11,452 bases of DNA from Candidatus Eiseniibacteriota bacterium (GCA_031370645.1 JANMQV010000156.1:1-11452), one strand, 5' to 3'. Positions 1-7,383 are shown, counted from the stretch's first letter. The notes: generated by a model not told the origin, from the sequence alone. Made by a program: numbers and translations.

Positions 1-1
1 C

Positions 2-997
2 CTTTCGGTGAGGTTCGGAGATCTCGACGCGCCGGCCACGATCGGACTTCCCTCGGGCAATGGCGCGCGCGATCTCGATCTTCAGGGGAATCTCCTCCTC
101 GTCGCTTCGCGCTCGCGCGGGCTACAGGTCGTGGACGTCTTTGACCCCGTCTCCCCGCTCCTTCGCTCGGAGCTCTCCCTCCCGACGATGTTCGGCGTCA
201 CGCGGCAGGGCTCCATGGCGGTCGGCTGTCTTGGCGCCGCCGGCGTCGCCCTGGTCGACATCTCCACCCCGCCGTCCGCCCGGCGCCCCTCGATCGTCTC
301 GGCTGCCGGAGTTCCTCGCGACGCGGCGTGGTCCGGCAACACGCTGCTCGTTGCCGGGGGGACGTCGGTCGAGCGCTTCCTGCTCTCCGCGACGATTCCC
401 ACGGCTACAGGTCTCTCGATCTCACTCGACGCCGCATCGGGGCTTCCGCGTGCGGTGATCTCCTGGAGCGTCTCCGTGACGGCGGGGCAGAGCGGTTGGA
501 ATCTCTATCGCGAACTGGGCCCTCCGACCGCTGGCTCCTCCATCCCCGGTGGAAGGCGCGTGAATCAGGCGTTGCTCGACCCGACTGTGACGAGCGCGAT
601 CGACACGGAGTTGACCGCCGGTTCGGAACATCGCTATCGCCTGGAGGCGGTGTTCGAGGATGGGCGAGTTCTCACGGTCGCCGAGGGCTCCATCTTCGTC
701 TCCTCGAGCACTCGGCTGGGCCGCCCCTATCCGAATCCCTTCCGGACTTCGGATGGCGCCATGTCGCTGCCGTTTCGCACCCTCGGCTCCGGAGGAACGA
801 TCGTTCTCCGCGTCGTGGATGTCAGGGGGAGGCTCGTCCGCGAGATCTCCCAGCCCGCGCCGGGGACGGCGGGCTTTGGGGAGGTTCGCTGGGACGGCAA
901 GCGGGCGGACGGCGGAAGAGCGGCGAGCGGCGTCTACTACTTATATGTCCGGGGCGCGGGGATCGACGAAGCGCGGTCGGTCGTCCATCTCCGTTGA
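2..997 (+). CDS. LVIVD-repeat (beta-propeller-like) protein with an FN3/Ig-like domain and a C-terminal FlgD-Ig/T9SS type A-like sorting domain; probably 5'-truncated by the window
   Basis: The frame is open from base 2, so the GTG at 8 is probably internal. LVIVD-like repeats: DLDLQGNLLLVASRSRGLQVVDVFDP, GSMAVGCLGAAGVALVDISTP, DAAWSGNTLLVAGG. FN3-like segment: ISW...GWNLYR...D..L.AGSEHRYRLEAV. CTD from about 716: PYPNPF...LRVVDVRGRLVREI...VRWDG....GGRAASGVYYLYV...RSVVHLR. Stop TGA at 995-997. Confidence 0.82.
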   Translation, partial: LSVRFGDLDAPATIGLPSGNGARDLDLQGNLLLVASRSRGLQVVDVFDPVSPLLRSELSLPTMFGVTRQGSMAVGCLGAAGVALVDISTPPSARRPSIVSAAGVPRDAAWSGNTLLVAGGTSVERFLLSATIPTATGLSISLDAASGLPRAVISWSVSVTAGQSGWNLYRELGPPTAGSSIPGGRRVNQALLDPTVTSAIDTELTAGSEHRYRLEAVFEDGRVLTVAEGSIFVSSSTRLGRPYPNPFRTSDGAMSLPFRTLGSGGTIVLRVVDVRGRLVREISQPAPGTAGFGEVRWDGKRADGGRAASGVYYLYVRGAGIDEARSVVHLR

Positions 998-1004
998 GCC
1001 GACG

Positions 1005-2387
1005 ATGAGCCGCTTCTTTCCTCCAAGGGGCCGCGCGAACCGCGCACTCCCGATCTGCCTTCTCGGCTTGTTGATCGCCTCCGCTCCGCCTCTGGCCCGC
1101 GCGCAGTATCCGAACCCCGGTCCCGCGATTCACGAGGAGTCTCCGGCCCCGGGAACGAGCGCCACCCGCCCCCGTTTCTCCGTCGACGCCACGCTCCAGC
1201 CGGGCGACGGGGGAGCGGACGTCCGGATCGACTATCGGCTGGGACGCGACGAACTTCTCTTCGAGCGCTCGAGCAGCGGCTATCACGCCGCCTACGAGAT
1301 CCGGGTCATCTTCTATAAGGCGAAGGGGGGCGACCAGGTTACCGGCGAAGTCTTCGAGAAGAGCGTCAAGGTCGCGACCTACGCGGACACGAGACTTCGC
1401 GGCGCCGACCTCATCGATCACGTGACGCTCCGCGCGCCGGCCGGCAAATACCGGCTTCAGGTCGTGATCAAGGACCTCGTCGCCGAGCGAGCCTCGGGGA
1501 CGGAGGTTTCCTTCGAGGTGCCATCGGCGACGGGTCAGTCGATCTGGTTCAGCGACCTCTCCCTGGGGACGGTCGCTGATTCGACCGCCGCATCCGCCGC
1601 GCCACGGGATCGCTTCGTCCCGGTGCCTTCCCGCCGATTCGGTCTCGATCTCCCCTTGATCGCAGTGCTCGGCGAGGTGGTGGACAACCGCCCCTCGTCG
1701 GCGGCAGGGGCGGAGGAGCGCTACCGCATCGCGGCCCGCGTGGTGAACGAATTGCAGGAGGTTGCCTGGAAGGGGGATACAACAATCGTCCGGGCAGGCG
1801 CCCGCACGCCGTTTCTGCTTCGCCCACGGTTGAAGTCCCTCGAGGCAGGGAGTTACCGGGTAATCATGGACTTGACGAGCCCTTCGATCACCATCCCCGG
1901 AAAGAAGAAACCGGAGGCGATCCGCCGGGAGCGGCCCTTTGATGTGGAGCAGACGAGCGAGAATTTGGCCTGGGAATCGAAGGCCTCGCTCGACGTTCTT
2001 CGGTACGTGGCGGCGCCCTCGGAATTGGACGAGATGGAGCGCCTCGACGGCCCCGACGCCCGAAAGGCGTTCTGGGAACAGTTCTGGCGCCGTCGAGACC
2101 CGACTTCCGAGACCGATCGGAACGAGCAGTTGGAGGAGTTCTATCGCCGCGTCCAGTACGCGAATCAGCACTTCGCGGTCGGCATCGCGGGTTGGCGCAC
2201 CGACATGGGCCGCATCTACATCCAGAACGGAGCCCCTGACGAAGTTGTTAGGAATCCGTTCAACTTCGATCGGCCTCCGGAAGAGCTCTGGTACTACTAC
2301 AAGGACCAGTTTCGCTTCGTTTTCATCGACCGTGACGGATTTGGCAGATTCGAGCTCGACGCCGATCGAAGCAAGCAACCTCGATAG
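1005..2387 (+). CDS. GWxTD domain-containing exported protein (460 aa)
   Basis: C-terminal signature FWEQFWRRRDPT...NE..EEFYRRVQYANQHF....GWRTDMGRIYIQNGAPD...ELWYY....FVFID..GFGRFEL. ATG 1005 lies 7 nt after the upstream stop and gives a Sec signal peptide (MSRFF...LPICLLGLLIASAPPLARA|Q). The ORF-track start at 660 overlaps gene 1 and is rejected. Confidence 0.9.
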   Translation: MSRFFPPRGRANRALPICLLGLLIASAPPLARAQYPNPGPAIHEESPAPGTSATRPRFSVDATLQPGDGGADVRIDYRLGRDELLFERSSSGYHAAYEIRVIFYKAKGGDQVTGEVFEKSVKVATYADTRLRGADLIDHVTLRAPAGKYRLQVVIKDLVAERASGTEVSFEVPSATGQSIWFSDLSLGTVADSTAASAAPRDRFVPVPSRRFGLDLPLIAVLGEVVDNRPSSAAGAEERYRIAARVVNELQEVAWKGDTTIVRAGARTPFLLRPRLKSLEAGSYRVIMDLTSPSITIPGKKKPEAIRRERPFDVEQTSENLAWESKASLDVLRYVAAPSELDEMERLDGPDARKAFWEQFWRRRDPTSETDRNEQLEEFYRRVQYANQHFAVGIAGWRTDMGRIYIQNGAPDEVVRNPFNFDRPPEELWYYYKDQFRFVFIDRDGFGRFELDADRSKQPR

Positions 2388-2414
2388 GCCCGTAAGTCGT
2401 TTTTTTGCAACGCA

Positions 2415-2432
2415 ATGTGAAAGTATTCACAA
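2415..2432. promoter_or_regulatory. Palindromic transcription-factor site, Rex-like or CRP-family-like
   Basis: ATGTGAA-AGTA-TTCACAA matches 13 of 14 positions of the Rex consensus TTGTGAA-N4-TTCACAA. It also contains a perfect CRP core, TGTGA-N6-TCACA (2416-2431). It lies in a markedly AT-rich patch, 8 nt upstream of a TTGACA box. Confidence 0.72.
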
Positions 2433-2440
2433 TAATTTGT

Positions 2441-2469
2441 TTGACAGCGGTTCCGGATTTGCCTACGTT
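2441..2469 (+). promoter_or_regulatory. Sigma70-type promoter for the beta-barrel gene
   Basis: TTGACA (2441-2446), 17-nt spacer, TACGTT (2464-2469, TAnnnT), with an AT-rich upstream region. Confidence 0.7.
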
Positions 2470-2594
2470 GCGGCCGGATTTCGGGAGGCCGCCGCAGCCC
2501 GAGGCGCAAGGCTTTGAAGGAGTTGTGCGCCACAGGTTTGTGTGAACGGTCATCGCGGAACAAATCAAGAACTGAAAGGGGGTGGGGAGCGGAA

Positions 2595-2698
2595 GGTCCT
2601 AACGAGCAGGAATTGCTCCATCGGATCTACCCGGGTTTCCGTACGACATCGCCGATGCAGTGACCCGGGCGCTTAGGACCCCGGATGGGCTGGGGTCC
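2595..2698 (+). ncRNA. Candidate structured cis-regulatory leader RNA (unclassified)
   Basis: GGTCCTAA 2595-2602 pairs with TTAGGACC 2673-2680. This encloses hairpin GAGCA/TGCTC (2604-2618) and two crossing stems, CATCGG 2619-2624/CCGATG 2652-2657 and CCCGGGTT 2630-2637/GACCCGGG 2662-2669. A competing hairpin is GGACCCCGG 2676-2684/CTGGGGTCC 2690-2698. Confidence 0.35.
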
Positions 2699-2706
2699 CA
2701 CTAATC

Positions 2707-2713
2707 AAGGAGG
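2707..2713 (+). promoter_or_regulatory. Shine-Dalgarno site
   Basis: AAGGAGG followed by 9 nt, then ATG 2723. Confidence 0.85.
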
Positions 2714-2722
2714 CTAAATCAG

Positions 2723-4042
2723 ATGTTTCAGCGCAAGCTGATCGCTCTTCTCAGCGTCATCGCCCTTCTCGCCGTGACGGCGGGAGTGGGCCACGCGTCC
2801 CTTTCCCGCGTTGAGGGCTTGGGACTTTCGGTGCCGGCCCTGAGCCAGCTCACCGATGACTACGCGAACATCTACGCCTACCCGGCGTCGGTCGTTCGTC
2901 AGAACAACCTCGTGCTCGCGGAAGTCGGCAACAACCCGGGCGGCGACGTGAACTCGGTCAGCTTCAATGACCAGAGCTTCACCCTCATCCGGAACTTCCC
3001 GCGCTTCGGCGTGGTGTCGGTCCAGATGAAGCAGAGCGCCCAGAACCTCTACACCGGTTCGAACAACGCGAACAATGAGTGGTTCGACCTCATCTGGGGC
3101 AAGGCGTTCTCGAAGATGGACTTCGCGGTCCGCCTCGACGTGACGAACTCGTCCTATGAAGACAATTTCAACTTCGGCACCCCCGGCAAGTACGAGGCGA
3201 AGGGTATCGACGGTTCGTTCAATCCGTATCCGTTCGGCGCCTTCTTCAGCGACGCCATCATCGGAACCGGCATCGAAGTGAACACGATCGGAATCACCCC
3301 GTCGATCGCGCTTCACATGTCGGACGACAACCGCCTCGACATCGCGGCCACGTACCGCATGTACAACCTCGACCGCTCGACGAGCGGCGCGGCGTTCGCG
3401 CCGGCTCAGAAGTTCGAAGACGGCGGCAACGCGTCGTACGCCGTTCTCGCCCGCTACTTCATGAACAAGAGCGCCACCAGCCAGTGGTACCTCGCCGGCT
3501 GGTACCAGAACGACGACCTCTCGTGGGTGGTCACGGGCTACACGCCGACCGCCCGCAGCGCCGACGAGACCTACAAGAGCTACGGCGTCGGCATCTCGAA
3601 CAACATGCGCGTGAACGACAACAACCTCCTCATCTGGGGTCTGTCGGTGTGGCAGTCGAAGCACGACTACTCGCGCACGGACAACAACGACGCCGTCGTC
3701 TCCGGCGCCACCAAGGAATTCAACGACAAGTCGACGATGCTTCCGGTCCTCTTCGCGGCCGTCGAAACGCAGGCCACGAACTGGCTCAAGCTCCGCATCG
3801 GCGGCAATAACACGATCAGCCGCACGGAGTCGGATTTCAGCGACTTCGCCGCGCCGACGGGCACCGAAAACATCAAGCAGATGTTTACGAACTTCGATCT
3901 CTCGCTCGGCGCCGGCCTCCGCTGGAATAACCTCGACGTCGACATGACGCTCAACGAGGAATTCCCGCTCTCCGGTGGCTACATCCTGTCGGGCAACGAG
4001 GCGACGCCGTTCACGCGCGTCTCGGGGACGTACCACTTCTAG
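2723..4042 (+). CDS. Outer-membrane beta-barrel protein, porin-like, distantly FadL/OmpP1/PorV-type; possible major outer-membrane protein (439 aa)
   Basis: Signal peptide ...AVTAGVGHA|SLSR. The N-terminus SRVEGLG...DDYANIYAYPA resembles the R..GMG...DD...Y.NPA hatch motif of the FadL/PorV superfamily. Alternating amphipathic strands (FDLSLGAGLRW, LKLRIGG, YGVGIS). Terminal beta-signal RVSGTYHF. Strong C-ending codon bias and a perfect SD. Confidence 0.8.
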   Translation: MFQRKLIALLSVIALLAVTAGVGHASLSRVEGLGLSVPALSQLTDDYANIYAYPASVVRQNNLVLAEVGNNPGGDVNSVSFNDQSFTLIRNFPRFGVVSVQMKQSAQNLYTGSNNANNEWFDLIWGKAFSKMDFAVRLDVTNSSYEDNFNFGTPGKYEAKGIDGSFNPYPFGAFFSDAIIGTGIEVNTIGITPSIALHMSDDNRLDIAATYRMYNLDRSTSGAAFAPAQKFEDGGNASYAVLARYFMNKSATSQWYLAGWYQNDDLSWVVTGYTPTARSADETYKSYGVGISNNMRVNDNNLLIWGLSVWQSKHDYSRTDNNDAVVSGATKEFNDKSTMLPVLFAAVETQATNWLKLRIGGNNTISRTESDFSDFAAPTGTENIKQMFTNFDLSLGAGLRWNNLDVDMTLNEEFPLSGGYILSGNEATPFTRVSGTYHF

Positions 4043-4063
4043 AAGCACCAGGCGACAGACTCC

Positions 4064-4131
4064 CGGGGCCTTCGCGCCCCGACGATTCGAGGGCCGCTCG
4101 GCGATCCAGCCGGGCGGCCCTTCGCCCTTTT
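4064..4131 (+). terminator. Tandem hairpins, probable intrinsic terminator after the beta-barrel gene
   Basis: CGGGGC 4064-4069 pairs with GCCCCG 4076-4081. A 13-bp stem follows, AGGGCCGCTCGGC 4090-4102/GCCGGGCGGCCCT 4109-4121 (one G-U), then TCGCCCTTTT. The U-tract is short and offset. Confidence 0.55.
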
Positions 4132-4145
4132 GTGCGCAAATCCCC

Positions 4146-4174
4146 TTGACAGCCCCCCGTCACGTTCCTACCTT
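4146..4174 (+). promoter_or_regulatory. Sigma70-type promoter for the TBDR operon
   Basis: TTGACA (4146-4151), 17-nt spacer, TACCTT (4169-4174). Same architecture as the promoter at 2441-2469. Confidence 0.65.
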
Positions 4175-4416
4175 GACCGTTATAGAGGGCAAGTGATTGC
4201 GGCGTAGGCCTACGGGCTCGCCGCTTTCGAACCGTCTTGAGCCGCAAGGAGGAGACCGAAGCAAAAAGCCGGGTTACGTGGATCGAAATCGAGGAGGGGC
4301 CCCGGGAAGGGGCGATGGGCAAGTCGGCGGAGGCCGCCGCGCGGCAACCGCCGTGAAACCAGGGAAGGAGTGACCCTCGAATGGCGCTTCCACAGGAATA
4401 CTGGGGAGGACGAACA

Positions 4417-7365
4417 ATGAATCGACCTCGGTCGCGGCGTTGGCTAGGCGTCGCCATGATGTCCATGGCGGTCGCCGTTTTTGTTTCCGGGGTCGCCTGG
4501 GCGGGAACGACCGGCCAGGTCTCGGGAACGGTGCGTGACGGCAAGAGCGGCGATCCGCTCGGGCTTGTCACGATCTCCATTCCGGAACTGAAGCGCGGCG
4601 CGGTTACGGACGCGCAGGGGAGTTTCTTCATCGTGAATCTGCCCGCGGGCAAGTACACGGTTCGGGCCTCGCTCCTCGGTTTCATTGGGCAGGCGCGGCA
4701 GGAAGTCCAGGTGTTCCCGGACTTCGTCACGAAGCTCGACTTCACGATGGAGTCGACCGTCTTGCAGAACGTGAAAGAGGTCGAGGTGAAGGCCGAGCGG
4801 CCGCTCATCCAGAAGGACGTCACGGGCACGACGCGCTTCTTGAGCGGGGACGAGATCCGGAACCAGCCGCTTCGCGGCTATCAGGACGCCGTCGCGCAGC
4901 AGGCGGGCGTCGTCAATTTCAAACTGAACATCGATAACGAAGCGAACAACGGGAACACGCTGATCATCCGCGGCGGGCGCCCCAACGAAGTCGCCTACTA
5001 CGTGGACGGTTTCTCGCAGCAGGACCCCCTCACCGGCAACTCGACGACGCTCATCAATAGCGGTGCCATCGAGGAAGTGGTCGTTCAGTCGGGCGGATTC
5101 AACGCCGAATACGGCCGCATCAATTCCGGCGTCGTGAACGTCGTCACGAAGGAGGGGAACGACAAGTACTTCGGGTCGCTCGAGGGCGTCTCCGACTTCC
5201 TGGCGCTCGGCTCCGAAAGCCGCGACAACAACATCTATTCGCTCTCGCTCGGCGGACCGCTCGTCCCGAACTTCAAGAAGGGGACCTTCTACTTCTCGGG
5301 CGAGCGGAAATACAACCTCGATCGCGATCCCTCGGCGATCGCGAAAGACATTGTCTACTCGCTCGACAAGAACTCGTTGTACGCCGACGGCATTCTGCCG
5401 TCGAACTCGAGCGATTCCTGGGCGACGGTCGCCAAGTTGACCTTCAACCCGACGCCGCTCCAGACGCTGAAGATCGGCGGCACCTGGAACCGGGAAGACT
5501 GGCAGCAGTACGTGAACACCTACCGGTTCGATCTCGATCATGCACCGCGCTACAAGGACTTGAACTACTCGGTCTACACGACGTGGAGCCATAGCATCAG
5601 CAGCCGCTCCTATTACGAAGTGAAGGCGAACTACTTCACCACCGAGCGGACACGCGGCGACGGCGTCTACTTCGACGATCTGAAGGGATACGCCCGGCCG
5701 TCCGGAAATCCGCGTTTCGATCCGAACGAAGCGCTCTTCTGGGTCGGCGCGAACGACCTCGACTCGAACGGCGATCCGACCGGGGAGCACGTCTTCGACG
5801 ACTTCCTGCACCGGAAGTCGGCCTACCTCGGCGGGGCGGTGAATTACTCGAGCCAGATGACGAAGGTCTTCCAGCTCAAGGCTGGCGGCGACTACCAGAA
5901 GCACAAGCTCCGCTACTACAACCACTACTTCCCGGTGCAGCTCTACGACGCCAACGGCAATCCCGACAACATCCGCGACGTCGATCGCTACGGCTACGAC
6001 GCGGTGGGGAACGAGATTGACGAGGGAGAGACGTTCACCGACACGAACGGAAACGGAAGCTATGACGCCGGGGAGCCGTTCAACGACGCCAACGGCAACG
6101 GTCTCTACGAGAGCCCGCTCGACAAGCCGAAGACGCCGACGGTCGCCTCGCTCTACGTGCAGGGTAAGTACGAGCGTCTGGGACTGGTTCTGAACGGTGG
6201 GCTCCGCTGGGACTACCTGACGCCGAACACGAAGTCGCTCCGGAGCGAGTCGACGCCGCTCGACCCGGATGCGCTGAACGACTCGCGGCTCCAGGACTCC
6301 GACCTTCAAGATTCAAAGGTCTATAACCGGCTCAGCCCGCGCCTTGGCGTCGGCTTCCCGGTCTCGGACCAGACGCTCATTCACGTGAACTACGGCAAGT
6401 TCTTCCAGCAGCCGAACCTCCAGGATCTCTACGTCTCCTACGCCTTCCTGGAGCACAAGATCCGTACGGGCGGCTACTTCGTCGGATTCGGCAACCCGAA
6501 CCTGAAGCCGGAGCAGACGACGGCCTACGAGCTCGGCGTCACTCATACGCCGACCGACCGGTCGCGCATCCAGGCGACCGCCTACTACAAGGACGTGAAG
6601 GACCTGGTCGAAATCACGAACATCCCGTCGTCGCCGAATTCGTTCTCCACCTATCGCAACCGCGACTTCGCGACGATCAAGGGACTCGACATCGCCTACA
6701 CGCTCCGCCGCGTCGGCTTCGTCTCCATGGGCGCGAGCTACAGCATCTCCTGGGCCATGGGCACCGGCTCGGTCTCGCAGTCGCAGCGAAACATCGCCTG
6801 GACCGCGAGCGAGACGCCGAAGATCTCGACACCGCTCGCCTTCGACCAGCGCCACAAGTTCTCGATGAACTTCGATTTCCGGTACGAGAAGGGACAGGGC
6901 CCGAACTGGGGCGCGACCAAGTTCCTGGAGAACGCCGGGCTCAGCATCCTCGTGAACGCCGCGAGCGGCACGCCCTACACGCCGACGACGGTCTACAACG
7001 AGGTCACGCTCGCGGCGGTGGCGACGCAGCCGATCGGACCGCTCAACAGCCGGTACGGCCCCTGGACGTTCGGGGTGGACGCGAAGCTGAACAAAACAGT
7101 CTCGATCATGCGCCAGGATCTCGACTTCTACGTCTGGGTCTTGAACCTCTTCAATCGCGAAAACGTGAACAACGTCTACACGGGCAGTGGAAGCGCCGGG
7201 ACGACGAACTTCCTCAATACCGCCGACGGGCAGGCGTTCCTTGCCACCAACGCCGGCACGTACGGAGCGGATGTGGCCGCCGAGCGCTACCGCTTGGCCG
7301 AGCAGGATCCGGGCCTTTACGGCATTCCGAGGATGGTTCGGTTCGGCGCCCGCTGGAGTTTCTGA
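4417..7365 (+). CDS. TonB-dependent receptor with an N-terminal carboxypeptidase-regulatory-like domain (982 aa; alternative in-frame start at 4381)
   Basis: GGAGG 4405-4409 precedes ATG 4417. Signal peptide ...VSGVAWA|GTTG. N-domain G.V.D..SGDPL....GAVTDAQGSFFIVNLPAGKYTVRAS..G. TonB-box-like EVEVKA. Plug IRGGRPNEVAYYVDG...IEEVVVQSGGFNAEYG...GVVNVVTK. Barrel motifs GLRWDY, SPRLGVGFP, YGKFFQ.P, GNPNLKPEQT.AYELG, AYYKD..D, NLFN. Terminus PRMVRFGARWSF. Confidence 0.95.
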   Translation: MNRPRSRRWLGVAMMSMAVAVFVSGVAWAGTTGQVSGTVRDGKSGDPLGLVTISIPELKRGAVTDAQGSFFIVNLPAGKYTVRASLLGFIGQARQEVQVFPDFVTKLDFTMESTVLQNVKEVEVKAERPLIQKDVTGTTRFLSGDEIRNQPLRGYQDAVAQQAGVVNFKLNIDNEANNGNTLIIRGGRPNEVAYYVDGFSQQDPLTGNSTTLINSGAIEEVVVQSGGFNAEYGRINSGVVNVVTKEGNDKYFGSLEGVSDFLALGSESRDNNIYSLSLGGPLVPNFKKGTFYFSGERKYNLDRDPSAIAKDIVYSLDKNSLYADGILPSNSSDSWATVAKLTFNPTPLQTLKIGGTWNREDWQQYVNTYRFDLDHAPRYKDLNYSVYTTWSHSISSRSYYEVKANYFTTERTRGDGVYFDDLKGYARPSGNPRFDPNEALFWVGANDLDSNGDPTGEHVFDDFLHRKSAYLGGAVNYSSQMTKVFQLKAGGDYQKHKLRYYNHYFPVQLYDANGNPDNIRDVDRYGYDAVGNEIDEGETFTDTNGNGSYDAGEPFNDANGNGLYESPLDKPKTPTVASLYVQGKYERLGLVLNGGLRWDYLTPNTKSLRSESTPLDPDALNDSRLQDSDLQDSKVYNRLSPRLGVGFPVSDQTLIHVNYGKFFQQPNLQDLYVSYAFLEHKIRTGGYFVGFGNPNLKPEQTTAYELGVTHTPTDRSRIQATAYYKDVKDLVEITNIPSSPNSFSTYRNRDFATIKGLDIAYTLRRVGFVSMGASYSISWAMGTGSVSQSQRNIAWTASETPKISTPLAFDQRHKFSMNFDFRYEKGQGPNWGATKFLENAGLSILVNAASGTPYTPTTVYNEVTLAAVATQPIGPLNSRYGPWTFGVDAKLNKTVSIMRQDLDFYVWVLNLFNRENVNNVYTGSGSAGTTNFLNTADGQAFLATNAGTYGADVAAERYRLAEQDPGLYGIPRMVRFGARWSF
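6019..6108 (+). repeat. Two tandem 15-aa DxNGNG (EF-hand-like, putative Ca2+-binding) repeats inside the TBDR
   Basis: DEGETFTDTNGNGSY (6019-6063) and DAGEPFNDANGNGLY (6064-6108), with a 45-nt period. Confidence 0.8.
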
Positions 7366-7383
7366 CGTTCTGGACCCGTAGGC

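Noticed and set aside
660-1004. N-terminal extension of the GWxTD ORF given in the ORF track
   Set aside because: It overlaps the CTD of gene 1 in another frame and is low-complexity Arg/Ser/Pro. The signal peptide starts at ATG 1005.
2378-2410. Intrinsic terminator after the GWxTD gene (T7 run at 2400-2406), or an IHF-like site TAAGTCGTTT
   Set aside because: No stable hairpin precedes the T-run and the IHF match is partial. It is more simply part of the AT-rich promoter-upstream region.
2619-2669. HDV-like ribozyme interpretation of the pseudoknot
   Set aside because: No GG for P1.1 after P1', no P4, and no clear catalytic J4/2 segment. Only the gross topology is similar.
4243-4278. c-di-GMP-I (GEMM) riboswitch suggested by CGCAA...AGCCGGGTTAC
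   Set aside because: The required P2 pairing and the GGCAAA/GAAA-capped P1 are not present.
4315-4356. 13-codon uORF MGKSAEAAARQPP in the TBDR leader
   Set aside because: Weak SD, no regulatory codon run, and such ORFs are expected by chance.
4011-4829. 272-aa minus-strand ORF crossing the intergenic region, and the 73-aa plus ORF 3975-4196
   Set aside because: They overlap well-supported genes, the terminator and the promoter, and lack protein-like composition.
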